Shown one piece after another: positions 8,730-17,114 of a stretch of 64,000 nt of DNA. The DNA is from Verrucomicrobiota bacterium (GTDB lineage Bacteria; Verrucomicrobiota; Verrucomicrobiia; Limisphaerales; UBA11358), in NCBI GenBank assembly GCA_049509875.1, contig JBEKZM010000015.1, positions 4,546 to 68,545 of the forward strand, given 5' to 3'. The notes beneath the pieces were generated by a model. The model saw only the letters and a program-made list of their open reading frames with translations. It did no database searches and was not told the origin of the DNA. Numbering within the stretch: the first letter of the stretch is position 1; each line of letters begins with the position of its first letter. The position numbers and the translations under genes were made by a program.

Positions 8730-8784
8730 TGAAGCGTTGAAGCGTTGGAGCGCCAGCCGGGCGGTTCGAGCTTCAACGCTTCAG
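8730..8784 (+). terminator. Long stem-loop after rpsU, built from TTGAAGCG repeats with a GGAGCGCC motif in the loop
   Basis: A 14-bp stem TGAAGCGTTGAAGC / GCTTCAACGCTTCA with a ~26-nt loop containing GGAGCGCCAGCCGGGCGG, followed by GTTTCC. Confidence 0.5.
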
Positions 8785-8819
8785 TTTCCCGATGTTCCAC
8801 CGCTCCCGGTTCACACGCC

Positions 8820-9731
8820 ATGTATTCGCTTTCGACCTGCTGGAATTCCGCGCGCCACACGGATGGCCGGGCCATGCTGCGGGAGATCCACGAACTCGGC
8901 TTTGACTACGCCGAGCTGAGCCACGGCATCCGCCTCAGCCTGGTGCCGGGCATTCTCGACGCTCTCAAGGCCGGGGAGATGAAGATTTCGACCCTGCATA
9001 ATTTTTGTCCCCTGCCGGTAGGTGTCAACGGCCCTTCCCCGAACCTGTATGAGTTTTCGTCCGACCGCGACCGGGACCGGCAGCTGGCGTTCAAGCACAC
9101 GATGACGACGCTGGATTTTGCGGTGCGCGTGGGCGCGCCGCTGGTGGTGCTGCACTTTGGCCGCATGGATTTGAAGGACTACAGCGGCAAACTCAAGGAG
9201 CTGCTCGAACGGGGCAAGCGCGGCACCCCGGAGTTTCGCAAGCTCACCGCTGACGCCAACGCGGCGCGCGAGTCCAAAAAAAAGCGATTCTACGATCATT
9301 CGCGAGAAGTGCTGCGAGAACTGGTCAGCGAAGCCGGGAAGCGCGGCCTGAAGTTCGGCATTGAAATACGCGAAGCCGTCGAAGAGCTGCCGGTGGAACC
9401 AGACTTCAAGTCGCTGCTGGAGGAATTTCCGGCGCCAACGGTTTATTACTGGCACGACACGGGCCACGCGCAGATCAAGCAGGACCTCGGCTTCATTGAC
9501 CACGCGCAATTTCTGGGCGAGCGGGCCGACCGGCTGGCCGGCTTTCACATTCACGACGTGAAATTTCCGGCGCGCGACCACTTTCCGCCCGGGGGCGGCG
9601 ACATCGATTTTGCCGCGCTGAAGCCGTTCGTGAAACCGGGGCACATCAAGGTGTTTGAACTAAGCCCGAAGCTGGGGGTGGAACAGGTCCGCGCCGGCGT
9701 GGCCCACCTCAGGCAGCTTTGGGGCGAGTAG
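8820..9731 (+). CDS. Sugar phosphate isomerase/epimerase (xylose isomerase-like TIM barrel)
   Basis: MYSLSTCWNSARHTDGRAMLREIHELGFDYAELSHG... followed by HDTGHA and HIHD metal-ligand-type motifs. The start is at aa 26 of track ORF 8745..9731. Confidence 0.8.
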   Translation: MYSLSTCWNSARHTDGRAMLREIHELGFDYAELSHGIRLSLVPGILDALKAGEMKISTLHNFCPLPVGVNGPSPNLYEFSSDRDRDRQLAFKHTMTTLDFAVRVGAPLVVLHFGRMDLKDYSGKLKELLERGKRGTPEFRKLTADANAARESKKKRFYDHSREVLRELVSEAGKRGLKFGIEIREAVEELPVEPDFKSLLEEFPAPTVYYWHDTGHAQIKQDLGFIDHAQFLGERADRLAGFHIHDVKFPARDHFPPGGGDIDFAALKPFVKPGHIKVFELSPKLGVEQVRAGVAHLRQLWGE

Positions 9732-9733
9732 AT

Positions 9734-11308
9734 TTACTTCCAATAGTTCCAGTCCACCTCCGGAAAGAGATTATCGCGCGATTCGATTTCGGTGAGCCAG
9801 GGCTCGTTGATGCCGGTGACGGTAAGCTGTTCGTGCAGGGCGATGAAGCGGAGCAAGTGATCCTTCACGCGGCGGCGGGCGTATTCGGGGCTGGTCTTGG
9901 CGCGCAGGATGAAGGGCCAGTCGCTGGCCTGGGCGAGCAGCAGTTCGCGCGCGGCTTGTTTCAGCGTCCGGGCCACCAAACCGTGGGCGCGGGGATATTG
10001 CCGGGCCAGTTCGGTCATGCGTTCCTGTGCCACTTGCAGGTGCGGGTAAATCCACTCGTTTGATTCATTGAGCCACACGCGCCAGTAACCCTCCTCGCCC
10101 CACGAGGACGCGCCGGGCGTGGCAATTTGATTGGTGGGATGGAGCCGTAGATAGCCGCGGGGTGTGATCAAGGACAGCGTGGATTGCTGCTCCTGGCAGA
10201 GCTTGCGCACGAGGAAGTCGAGAAATTCCGGGCCTTCATACCACCAATGGCCGAACAATTCGGCATCGTAGGGCGCGACGATGATCGGCGGCCGGTCGAG
10301 GATGCTTTCCAGCTTGCGGACCTGCGCGACGCGTTCGTCGAGGAAATGCCGGGCATGGTCACTGGCGGTGGCCAGGGCGTGGTCCCGCTGGTAAATTTGT
10401 TTCTCGCCGACGCCGGTAATGCGGTAGTACTTGATGCCGGTGAACCCGCGGTTGTCCGGCGACGGCAGATGTGGCCGGACGTAATCGAAGTCCAGATCGA
10501 AGCCGATGTCGCGGTAGAAATCGCGGTATCGCCAGTCACCGGGATAGCCTTCGTGCTTGCTCCAGACCTGGCGGGAGGAATCGAAATCGCGTCCGAAGGC
10601 CGCCACGCCGTTGGGCGCGTAGATGGGGGCGAAGGTGCTGTAGCGCGGGCGCGGGGTGGCGTGCAACAGGCCATGGGTATCGAGAATGAACCAGCGGATG
10701 TTCGCCTCCTGCAAGAAATCCTCGACGCCGGCCGAATAGGCGCATTCAGGCAGCCAGATGCCGGAAGGATCGCAGCCGAAACAACTGCGGTAATGGTCGC
10801 GGGCGGTGAGGATTTGTGCGCGGACGGAAGGCGGATGATTGCCCAGCAATGGCAACAGGCCGTGCGTGGCGGCGGTGGTGATGATTTCCAGCGTGCCCGC
10901 GTCCTGCAACAGCCGGAAGGCCTGCACGAGGTCGCCATTGTATTGCCGCCAGACCTCGCGCGCCCGCACGAATTTGTCGTGATACATCCAGGCGAGATCG
11001 CGGAAGGCGCGGTCCCAATGCGTGCGATGAATTTCCTTTTCCGCGAGGTCAATGAGGCCGTCCAGATGCCGCGCGTAACGCTGACACAGCAACGGGTCGC
11101 GCAGCATGAAGCAGAGGGTGGGCGACAGCGAGACAGTGAGGCGGGCGGGCAGGCCGTCGCGCAGCCAACCGTTGAAAATCTGGATGAGCGGCAGATAGGT
11201 TTCGGTGATGCCCTCAAAGAGCCAGCTTTCCTCAAGGAATTTTTCGTGCTCCGGATGCCGTACAAACGGCAGGTGCGCGTGCAGGACCAATGAGAGATAG
11301 CCGGGCAT
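9734..11308 (-). CDS. Glycoside hydrolase family 57 (1,4-alpha-glucan branching enzyme type)
   Basis: MPGYLSLVLHAHLPFVRHPEHEKFLEESWLFEGITETYLPLI is the typical GH57 branching-enzyme N-terminus. The ORF is 524 aa. Confidence 0.9.
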   Translation of the reverse strand: MPGYLSLVLHAHLPFVRHPEHEKFLEESWLFEGITETYLPLIQIFNGWLRDGLPARLTVSLSPTLCFMLRDPLLCQRYARHLDGLIDLAEKEIHRTHWDRAFRDLAWMYHDKFVRAREVWRQYNGDLVQAFRLLQDAGTLEIITTAATHGLLPLLGNHPPSVRAQILTARDHYRSCFGCDPSGIWLPECAYSAGVEDFLQEANIRWFILDTHGLLHATPRPRYSTFAPIYAPNGVAAFGRDFDSSRQVWSKHEGYPGDWRYRDFYRDIGFDLDFDYVRPHLPSPDNRGFTGIKYYRITGVGEKQIYQRDHALATASDHARHFLDERVAQVRKLESILDRPPIIVAPYDAELFGHWWYEGPEFLDFLVRKLCQEQQSTLSLITPRGYLRLHPTNQIATPGASSWGEEGYWRVWLNESNEWIYPHLQVAQERMTELARQYPRAHGLVARTLKQAARELLLAQASDWPFILRAKTSPEYARRRVKDHLLRFIALHEQLTVTGINEPWLTEIESRDNLFPEVDWNYWK

Positions 11309-11323
11309 GTCGCAATAAAATTG

Positions 11324-11560
11324 TTAGAGGTCCAATATGTCCGAAATCCAATCGGCAATGGCCCGCGCGCGAAGGAGCACCACGAAACCAATGAGGGACG
11401 GGACCAGGCGCACCAGGAGCGGAATAAGTCGCACCGGGACACGGCGGCCCGGGATGGAGCAACTGGCCCAATACAGGCCCAGTTCCAGGATGGTGACGAC
11501 AATACAAAGGACGCCGATCAGCCGGACCAGCGTCATGGCTCCGCGTTGGGGCGCGTCCAT
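11324..11560 (-). CDS. Small hypothetical 2-TM membrane protein
   Basis: A 78-aa ORF packed tightly between the DUF4912 stop (11565) and the GH57 start (11308). It has two hydrophobic segments (LVRLIGVLCIVVTILELGLYW and LIPLLVRLVPSLIGFVVLL). I recognise no family. Confidence 0.4.
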   Translation of the reverse strand: MDAPQRGAMTLVRLIGVLCIVVTILELGLYWASCSIPGRRVPVRLIPLLVRLVPSLIGFVVLLRARAIADWISDILDL

Positions 11561-11564
11561 GGCC

Positions 11565-13112
11565 TCAGAGACTGGCGGCTACCGGGGGCTTGAGTGAGGG
11601 GTCTTGCGGCGTGGCGCCGACTTCGCCGAGATATTCGGTCGAGCGGCTAAACTTCAGTTCCGCGGCGCGTCCATCGGTGCCGTCGGCGGAAACGGCGATG
11701 GCCGGCAGGTCATATTGGCCGTCGGGCAAGGCAAACCGGAAGCTGAAGGTGCCGTCGGAACGCAGTTTGATTTCATGGCCGCCGAGAGTGACTTTGGCGC
11801 TGGGCTCGGTGGCGCCGTAAATGATCAATTCGGCGTTCACGCTAAACCAAAAGCCCCTGGCCTTCTCTATCTGGCCGCCAAACGGGCTGGTGACGCTGGA
11901 TATACCGGAGGGAGCCGGGGCAGCACCGGGAAGGCCGACCCCAAAGGCGGTCAGCGGCGAGGTGACTTCCTGGGCCACGCGGCGGCGGATTAGTTCCGTG
12001 ATTTCAAGGGAACCCATCCAAATGCGGCGGGTCTGGTCAATATTAATGACGCGGGCGAGGGCTTTTTCCTGTTCCGGTGTCCAAACGCGCGCCTGGCCGG
12101 GCTGGCTGGAGGGCGAAGGGGCAACCGAAGAGAAACCGGAGGAGGAAAACCGCGGCAGATCGGGATGGCCGTGCCGTCGCAACTCTTCAATGGCCACTGC
12201 CAAGGGCAGGTTCTCGCGAACCGCTTCCTCAATGATCTGCATCAATTTCGCGAAAGGAAACTCGAACGGGATGGTGGCGAATTCCGCTTCGGCTTCGGCG
12301 GAAACGGCATCGGGCGGGGTGAGCGTGCCACTGGACAGGGCGACGCGCATCCATTTGCCGAGGGCAGAGTAATAGCCCAACTCGGCGGCGTAGGAGTTTC
12401 CGGCCCGTTCGACATGTGCAAACCAATGGCGTGATTCTGGATGCACATGGATCTCATAAGCTGGATGGCCTTCAATTTTGCCGGCGTAAACGCGGAGAAT
12501 CAGGTGTCCGTCGGTGGAGGCGGCATTGAGTTCCTTTTGCTGTTCGGACGTAAGGTCCCAGTTTGCGTAGAGCCAGTGGGGATCACGAGCGGTCAGAAAG
12601 AGCTTTTTGGTGCCATAGCTTTGCGGCAGTTCGCCACCCGAAAAACTTTGGGCGGGCGGGGTGGCGCCGAGTGAGAATTTTTCTCCCGGCCCGCTGACGG
12701 GCGGCACCGACGGGGCATCCCCCTCCAGCAAGATGGGGGGCACCTCGATTTTCTTTTTGCGGGTATAGCTCCGCCTCACAACCGTGGCGGCATTTACTTC
12801 CACCTTTTCGACTTTTGGATCTTCGACGCCGTTTTTTCTGGCCGGCTTCGGGGGGGCGGTCTTTTCCGGGGAAGGTTTGGCGGGAGTGGGGGCGGCTCCT
12901 AGTATTTTTTTGACGGTGTCCACGGCGACATCAAGCAGGGGTTTACGGGTGGCGCGGATTGGCTTTGACTTGGGCGTTTCCGAGGCAGCGGGAGGCGGAG
13001 CCGGTTCGCCGGAGCGAGCCGGGCGGGCACGCTCAGATTTGCCTGGGACTTTGGGGATTTCCGACCCGGATGCTGGATTTTTTTTCATGGCAGCAATTCC
13101 TTGTTTGGCCAA
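11565..13112 (-). CDS. DUF4912 domain protein with a Pro/Ala/Lys-rich N-terminal region
   Basis: LFLTARDPHWLYANWDLTSEQQKEL...HLILRVY matches the DUF4912 signature. It lies directly upstream of GH57, an association I recall from other genomes. Confidence 0.75.
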   Translation of the reverse strand: MAKQGIAAMKKNPASGSEIPKVPGKSERARPARSGEPAPPPAASETPKSKPIRATRKPLLDVAVDTVKKILGAAPTPAKPSPEKTAPPKPARKNGVEDPKVEKVEVNAATVVRRSYTRKKKIEVPPILLEGDAPSVPPVSGPGEKFSLGATPPAQSFSGGELPQSYGTKKLFLTARDPHWLYANWDLTSEQQKELNAASTDGHLILRVYAGKIEGHPAYEIHVHPESRHWFAHVERAGNSYAAELGYYSALGKWMRVALSSGTLTPPDAVSAEAEAEFATIPFEFPFAKLMQIIEEAVRENLPLAVAIEELRRHGHPDLPRFSSSGFSSVAPSPSSQPGQARVWTPEQEKALARVINIDQTRRIWMGSLEITELIRRRVAQEVTSPLTAFGVGLPGAAPAPSGISSVTSPFGGQIEKARGFWFSVNAELIIYGATEPSAKVTLGGHEIKLRSDGTFSFRFALPDGQYDLPAIAVSADGTDGRAAELKFSRSTEYLGEVGATPQDPSLKPPVAASL

Positions 13113-13254
13113 TACATTGCCGACGACATCCTACCCTCGTAACTGGCGGGAAGCAACTCGTTTGCATCATTTTTATTTCTCAACTAATTCCCGCTTGCTC
13201 GCGGATACGTTGTGATGATATGTTGGTGAGAGGTTCTGCCTTGAATCACGAATC

Positions 13255-13641
13255 ATGATCGCCGCCCAGACCAAAAATGCCAGCCCGACGGTGTTCGTCG
13301 TGGATGATGAACCGATGCTGCTGGAGCTGGCTGAGGCCATTCTAATGCCGTTGGGCTACCAAGTGCGGACTTTTCGCGATCCCGAGCTTGCCCTTAAGGA
13401 GTTTCCCAATGCGCGACCCGAAGTCGTGATCACCGATTATGCGATGGGCCGCATGAACGGGATGGATCTTATCCGCGAATGCCGGCGGCTGAACCCGCGG
13501 CAGAAGATGATTCTCCTGAGCGGGACGGTGGATGAGCACGTTTTTGCTGATGCGCCCGTAAAGCCTGACCAGTTTTTAACCAAGCCTTATCAGATCCAGG
13601 AGCTGGCCGAACGCGTTCGGTCGCTGATCATGGCCGGATAG
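13255..13641 (+). CDS. Stand-alone response-regulator receiver domain (CheY-like)
   Basis: VFVVDDEPMLLE...VVITDYAMGRMNGMDL...ILLSGT...TKPY. The acidic pocket, phospho-Asp, Thr and Lys positions are all present. There is no output domain. Confidence 0.85.
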   Translation: MIAAQTKNASPTVFVVDDEPMLLELAEAILMPLGYQVRTFRDPELALKEFPNARPEVVITDYAMGRMNGMDLIRECRRLNPRQKMILLSGTVDEHVFADAPVKPDQFLTKPYQIQELAERVRSLIMAG

Positions 13642-13730
13642 GCAGTCCGGGGCGGCCCGACAAGGACGGGCTGGCCGGCTGTGACACGTGGCGGGACTAT
13701 GTCCAACCCAACACTAAAACAAATCAAACC

Positions 13731-14546
13731 ATGAAAATCAAAATCATTCTCAGCATCCTGCTAATATTGGTAATTCTCTGTGTGGTCGTGCTGTTGGTGG
13801 TCGGCACGCATCTGGGTGACATCGTCAAGACCGTCATGGAAACCGTGGGACCCAAGGTCACCCAAACCACCCTCACTGTGGATAATGTAAATGTTTCGCT
13901 CCTGAGCGGTTCCGCGAGCGTCAAAGGTTTGACCCTGGGCAATCCCGAAGGCTATAAGGCGCCGCAATCCATCACGGTTGGCAATGCTTCCGTCAGCCTG
14001 GAACCCCGTTCGGTGCTGGCCGACAAAGTGGTCATCCATTCCATTGAACTGAAGGCGCCGGAGATCACGTTTGAAGGCAATCCGCTCGGTGAAAATAATC
14101 TCACGAAAATCATGGCCAACGTGAATGCCATGACCGGCCCGGCGGACCGGGCCGCCACCAACGCCCCGGCGGCCGCCACTCCGGCCGAAAAGAAGGCCGG
14201 CAAGAAGCTGGAAGTGGACGACTTTGTCATCACCGGCGCCACGGTCCACGCCAACATCACCGGCTTGCTCAACCAGGTGGTCACCCTGCCTTTGCCAGAC
14301 ATTCATCTCACCGACCTCGGCAAAGGCACCGACGGCATCACGGCCGCGGATCTGACGCAAAAGGTCTTGAATGAAATTACCGTGCAGACCATTAAGAGCC
14401 TGGCGACCTACGCCACTGGCGTGGTCAAAGACGCGGGCAACGCGGCGCAGGGCGCCCTCAAGGGCGTGCTCCAGAACTCCAATAATGCCGTTGGCGACAG
14501 TGTGGATAAATTGAAGAAGGGCTTGGGCAATTTGTTGGGCAAATAG
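13731..14546 (+). CDS. Hypothetical N-terminally membrane-anchored protein (possibly AsmA/DUF748-like)
   Basis: The N-terminal TM is MKIKIILSILLILVILCVVVLLVV, followed by beta-rich repeats (LTVDNVNVSLLSGSASVKGLTLGNP...VVIHSIELKAPEITFEG). The family assignment is tentative. Confidence 0.6.
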   Translation: MKIKIILSILLILVILCVVVLLVVGTHLGDIVKTVMETVGPKVTQTTLTVDNVNVSLLSGSASVKGLTLGNPEGYKAPQSITVGNASVSLEPRSVLADKVVIHSIELKAPEITFEGNPLGENNLTKIMANVNAMTGPADRAATNAPAAATPAEKKAGKKLEVDDFVITGATVHANITGLLNQVVTLPLPDIHLTDLGKGTDGITAADLTQKVLNEITVQTIKSLATYATGVVKDAGNAAQGALKGVLQNSNNAVGDSVDKLKKGLGNLLGK

Positions 14547-14621
14547 CCTCCCATTGGTGATTGGCCAACCGGCGGTCTGGGCCGGGCAGCAGGCGCCTGC
14601 CGATGGACTGAATTGGTGCCG

Positions 14622-14649
14622 GGAGGGCGAGCTTCAGCCCGCTTAAATG
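14622..14649. repeat. Degenerate GGAG-headed hairpin element related to family D
   Basis: GGAGGGCGAGCTTCAGCCCGCTTAAATG resembles GGAGCGCGGGCTTCAGCCCACTTCAGCG, the reverse complement of 41071..41098. Confidence 0.35.
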
Positions 14650-14672
14650 TCTGTTTGCAAGGTGGCGTCCGA

Positions 14673-15086
14673 TTAATGTTTCAGCGAATGCAAATAGGCA
14701 ACGACTGCCAGGGCGTCCTCATGGTTGAAGCGGTACTGCGGCATGGGGGCCATGGCCAGTTTCCCGACCGCATTGGTGCCGGTCTCCAGGAACCGGACGG
14801 CCGCGGCGTCGGTGGCATAGCCCGGGAGACCGGCGATGGGCGGAGCAATGGCGGCGAACGGCATGGGGTGATCCGGCTTGAAGCTGATCAGTTCGCCCTG
14901 CAGCCATTGCGAGCGGTCAAACTCGCCATCACTTCGGCGGGGCGAATGGCAATCTCCACACATGCCAATGCCCTCGACAAGATATTGGCCGCGCGCAATT
15001 TGATCCGCGTCCGCGGCGGGCGCGCAAGCCCCGGACGCGAAAACAACGGCAGCGGCAAGATATGGAATCGTGCTTCTAAACTTCAT
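14673..15086 (-). CDS. Secreted mono-haem c-type cytochrome
   Basis: Signal peptide MKFRSTIPYLAAAVVFASGACA, the haem motif CGDCH, and a distal Met region (LAMAPMPQY). Confidence 0.85.
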   Translation of the reverse strand: MKFRSTIPYLAAAVVFASGACAPAADADQIARGQYLVEGIGMCGDCHSPRRSDGEFDRSQWLQGELISFKPDHPMPFAAIAPPIAGLPGYATDAAAVRFLETGTNAVGKLAMAPMPQYRFNHEDALAVVAYLHSLKH

Positions 15087-15171
15087 ATTTACTCATGTAA
15101 CGGCTCGAAGAGTCGGTGGCAAGTGGAAAGGGTGCGGCTCATGGCGGACCTGAGTACGCTTTATGGGAAGC

Positions 15172-15292
15172 CCCGACCTCCAACATTGGATGCACATTGA
15201 GGCCATGAACGCGCATGCTGGGAGCGCCGGTCTCCGACCCGGCTCGATCCTATTGCAGCCATCCAACGAGCCGGGTCAGAGACCGGCGCTCC
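15172..15292 (+). repeat. About 120-nt composite repeat B1: a 50-nt conserved flank plus a REP-B inverted doublet
   Basis: The arms GGAGCGCCGGTCTCCGACCCGGCTCG and CGAGCCGGGTCAGAGACCGGCGCTCC (15221..15292) flank the loop ATCCTATTGCAGCCATCCAA. The flank is CCCCGACCTCCAACATTGGATGCACATTGAGGCCATGAACGCGCATGCTG. A near-identical copy lies in reverse orientation at 44077..44196. Confidence 0.75.
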
Positions 15293-15330
15293 AAAGAAAA
15301 ACGGCGCAGACTCACAGGTCTGCGCCGTTT
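15293..15330 (-). terminator. Rho-independent terminator of glnII
   Basis: An 11-bp stem ACGGCGCAGAC / GTCTGCGCCGT with a 6-nt loop. On the minus strand it is followed by TTTTCTTT. Confidence 0.8.
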
Positions 15331-15359
15331 GGTTCCTGGTTCTCCTGGCGGGTGGCCAA

Positions 15360-16400
15360 TTATTTCTTGCCCTTCTTGGGGATCGGCACCGAGGCGATGG
15401 TTTGCAGAATGCGGCCCGCGATCTTGTAGGGGTCGCCCTGGGAATTCGGCCGGCGGTCTTCCAAATAGCCGCGATAGCCGCTGGGAATGAAGGTCTGGGG
15501 AAGCCGGACGGAAGCGCCGCGATTGCCGACGCCGAAATTGAATTTGTCAATGGACTGCGTTTCATGCAGGCCGGTCAGGCGCAGATGATTGTCCGGGCCA
15601 TAGACGGCAATGTGTTCGTTCTTGTATTTGTCGAACGCGGCCATGAGCGCCTCGAAGTATTCCTGGCCGCCGACTTCGCGCATGTGTTCGGTGGAGAAGT
15701 TCGTGTGCATGCCGGAGCCGTTCCAGTCCACGTCCTTGCCCAGCGGCTTGCAATACCAGTTCACGTCGACGCCATATTTTTCGCAGAGGCGCATCAGGAG
15801 GTAGCGGGCAACCCACATCTGGTCGGCGGCATTCTTGGAGCCCTTGCCGAAAATCTGGAATTCCCACTGGCCCTTGGCCACTTCGGAATTGATCCCTTCG
15901 TGATTGATGCCAGCCTCGAGGCAGAGGTCGAGGTGGGTGTCCACAATCTCGCGGGCAATGCAGCCGACGTTCTTGTAGCCGACGGCGGTGTAGTATTCAC
16001 CCTGCGGCGGGGGGAAGCCGCCACCGGTCGGGAAGCCGAGCGGTGCGCCGTCCTTGTAGAGAAAATATTCCTGTTCGAAACCGAACCAGGCACCGGGGTC
16101 ATCGGGAATCGTGGCTCGGCTGTTGCTCGGATGCGGGGTCTTCTTGTCGGGCATAAACACCTCGCACATGACGAGCGCGCCGTTCTTCTTGGTGGCGTCG
16201 GGATGGACCGAGACGGGCTTGAGCATGCAGTCGGAAGTTTTGCCCTCGGCCTGGCGGGTCGAACTGCCGTCGAAGTTCCACCAGGGGAGCTCTTCAAGTT
16301 TCGGGAATTTCGCGAACTCCTTGAGGGTTGTCTTGCCACGGATGTTGGCAACGGGTTCATAGCCGTCCAACCAGAGGTATTCTAATTTATATTTAGCCAT
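15360..16400 (-). CDS. glnII: Glutamine synthetase type II
   Basis: [27 protein letters not shown]... in a 346-aa ORF. This is the eukaryote-like GSII length and N-terminus. The motifs FEQEYFL and [12 protein letters not shown] are present. Confidence 0.95.
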   Translation of the reverse strand: MAKYKLEYLWLDGYEPVANIRGKTTLKEFAKFPKLEELPWWNFDGSSTRQAEGKTSDCMLKPVSVHPDATKKNGALVMCEVFMPDKKTPHPSNSRATIPDDPGAWFGFEQEYFLYKDGAPLGFPTGGGFPPPQGEYYTAVGYKNVGCIAREIVDTHLDLCLEAGINHEGINSEVAKGQWEFQIFGKGSKNAADQMWVARYLLMRLCEKYGVDVNWYCKPLGKDVDWNGSGMHTNFSTEHMREVGGQEYFEALMAAFDKYKNEHIAVYGPDNHLRLTGLHETQSIDKFNFGVGNRGASVRLPQTFIPSGYRGYLEDRRPNSQGDPYKIAGRILQTIASVPIPKKGKK

Positions 16401-16486
16401 TTGAGTGCGTGATCGGTTGTTGTTATCTAGACCGGTTCGTCCCGGGTGCGTTCGTGCGCCGGTGGAACCTTGTGTGAAATGGTTTT

Positions 16487-16502
16487 AGCAGGGCCGATGC
16501 CA
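16487..16502 (-). promoter_or_regulatory. Putative sigma-54 (-24/-12) promoter of glnII
   Basis: The minus strand reads TGGCATCGGCCCTGCT, with GG and GC at the canonical spacing of TGGCAC-N5-TTGC. It lies ~87 nt upstream of the glnII ATG. Confidence 0.45.
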
Positions 16503-16724
16503 GATCGCAAGCTCTTTGCTTTCGGGCATGGGCAAAACTCATTTTCCCCCACAAAAGCAATGGTTTTCTGATGCAAGAGGTTGTTCACAAAACGGCCCGG
16601 AGCGCGGGCGGCAAAAAAAACGCTGTGGAATTTTGCCCGGGCTGGACAAAATGCGGCGGACTTGCGTCGGGGAAAAAATCGGCAATAGTGATAAGGAAGA
16701 GACAGTTCGGCCAGCCCGAGCCCC

Positions 16725-17114
16725 ATGCTAAAAGTCAAAGACACACTCCGCGCCACGGTCCATCTCAGTTTCGATGGCCGGGTGCTCAAGGCCTACCACG
16801 GGCCGGACGCGGCCAAACGATTTGCCAACGAGGTGCGTGTGCTGCGCCATCTGGAGGCGCGCGGCTGCAACTTCGTGCCCCGCCTGCTTGAGGCCGACCA
16901 GAAAAACCTCTGCATTGTGACCACCAACTGCGGCGCCCGCGTGGAACACATTGATGAAGAACGCGCCCGCCAGTTGTTCGCGGAACTGGGGAAGTTTGGC
17001 GTTCGCCATGATGACGCCGACCCGCGCAACATCACCTATCGCTTTGCCGACGGACGGTTTTGTTTGATTGATTTCGAGTTCGCCGCCATCCTGCCCGACA
17101 ACCCAAGATCGTGA
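16725..17114 (+). CDS. Minimal (129 aa) protein-kinase-like protein (RIO / Kdo-kinase-like core)
   Basis: It has a candidate ATP-binding Lys (RVLKAY), an alpha-C-like Glu (ANEVRVLRHL), a catalytic loop GVRHDDADPRNI and a DFG-equivalent LIDFEFA. GC3 bias is good. Its stop overlaps the PP2C start (TGATG). Confidence 0.6.
   Translation: MLKVKDTLRATVHLSFDGRVLKAYHGPDAAKRFANEVRVLRHLEARGCNFVPRLLEADQKNLCIVTTNCGARVEHIDEERARQLFAELGKFGVRHDDADPRNITYRFADGRFCLIDFEFAAILPDNPRS

Noticed and set aside
8745-8784. T-loop-like GGTTCGAGC suggesting a tRNA after rpsU
   Set aside because: No acceptor stem, D-arm or anticodon arm can be drawn. The sequence is the loop/3-prime arm of the long terminator stem. I recognised no tRNA-like cloverleaf elsewhere in the window either.
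10168-11502. 444-aa minus-strand alternative frame and 369-aa plus-strand ORF over the GH57 gene
   Set aside because: The frame starting MPGYLSLVLHAHLPF is unmistakably GH57. The others are Ser/Arg/Pro/Ala-rich overlapping frames.
16401-16486. Possible glutamine (glnA-motif) riboswitch in the glnII leader
   Set aside because: No match to the small conserved glnA RNA core is evident. The leader is adequately explained by the sigma-54 promoter and a plain 5-prime UTR.
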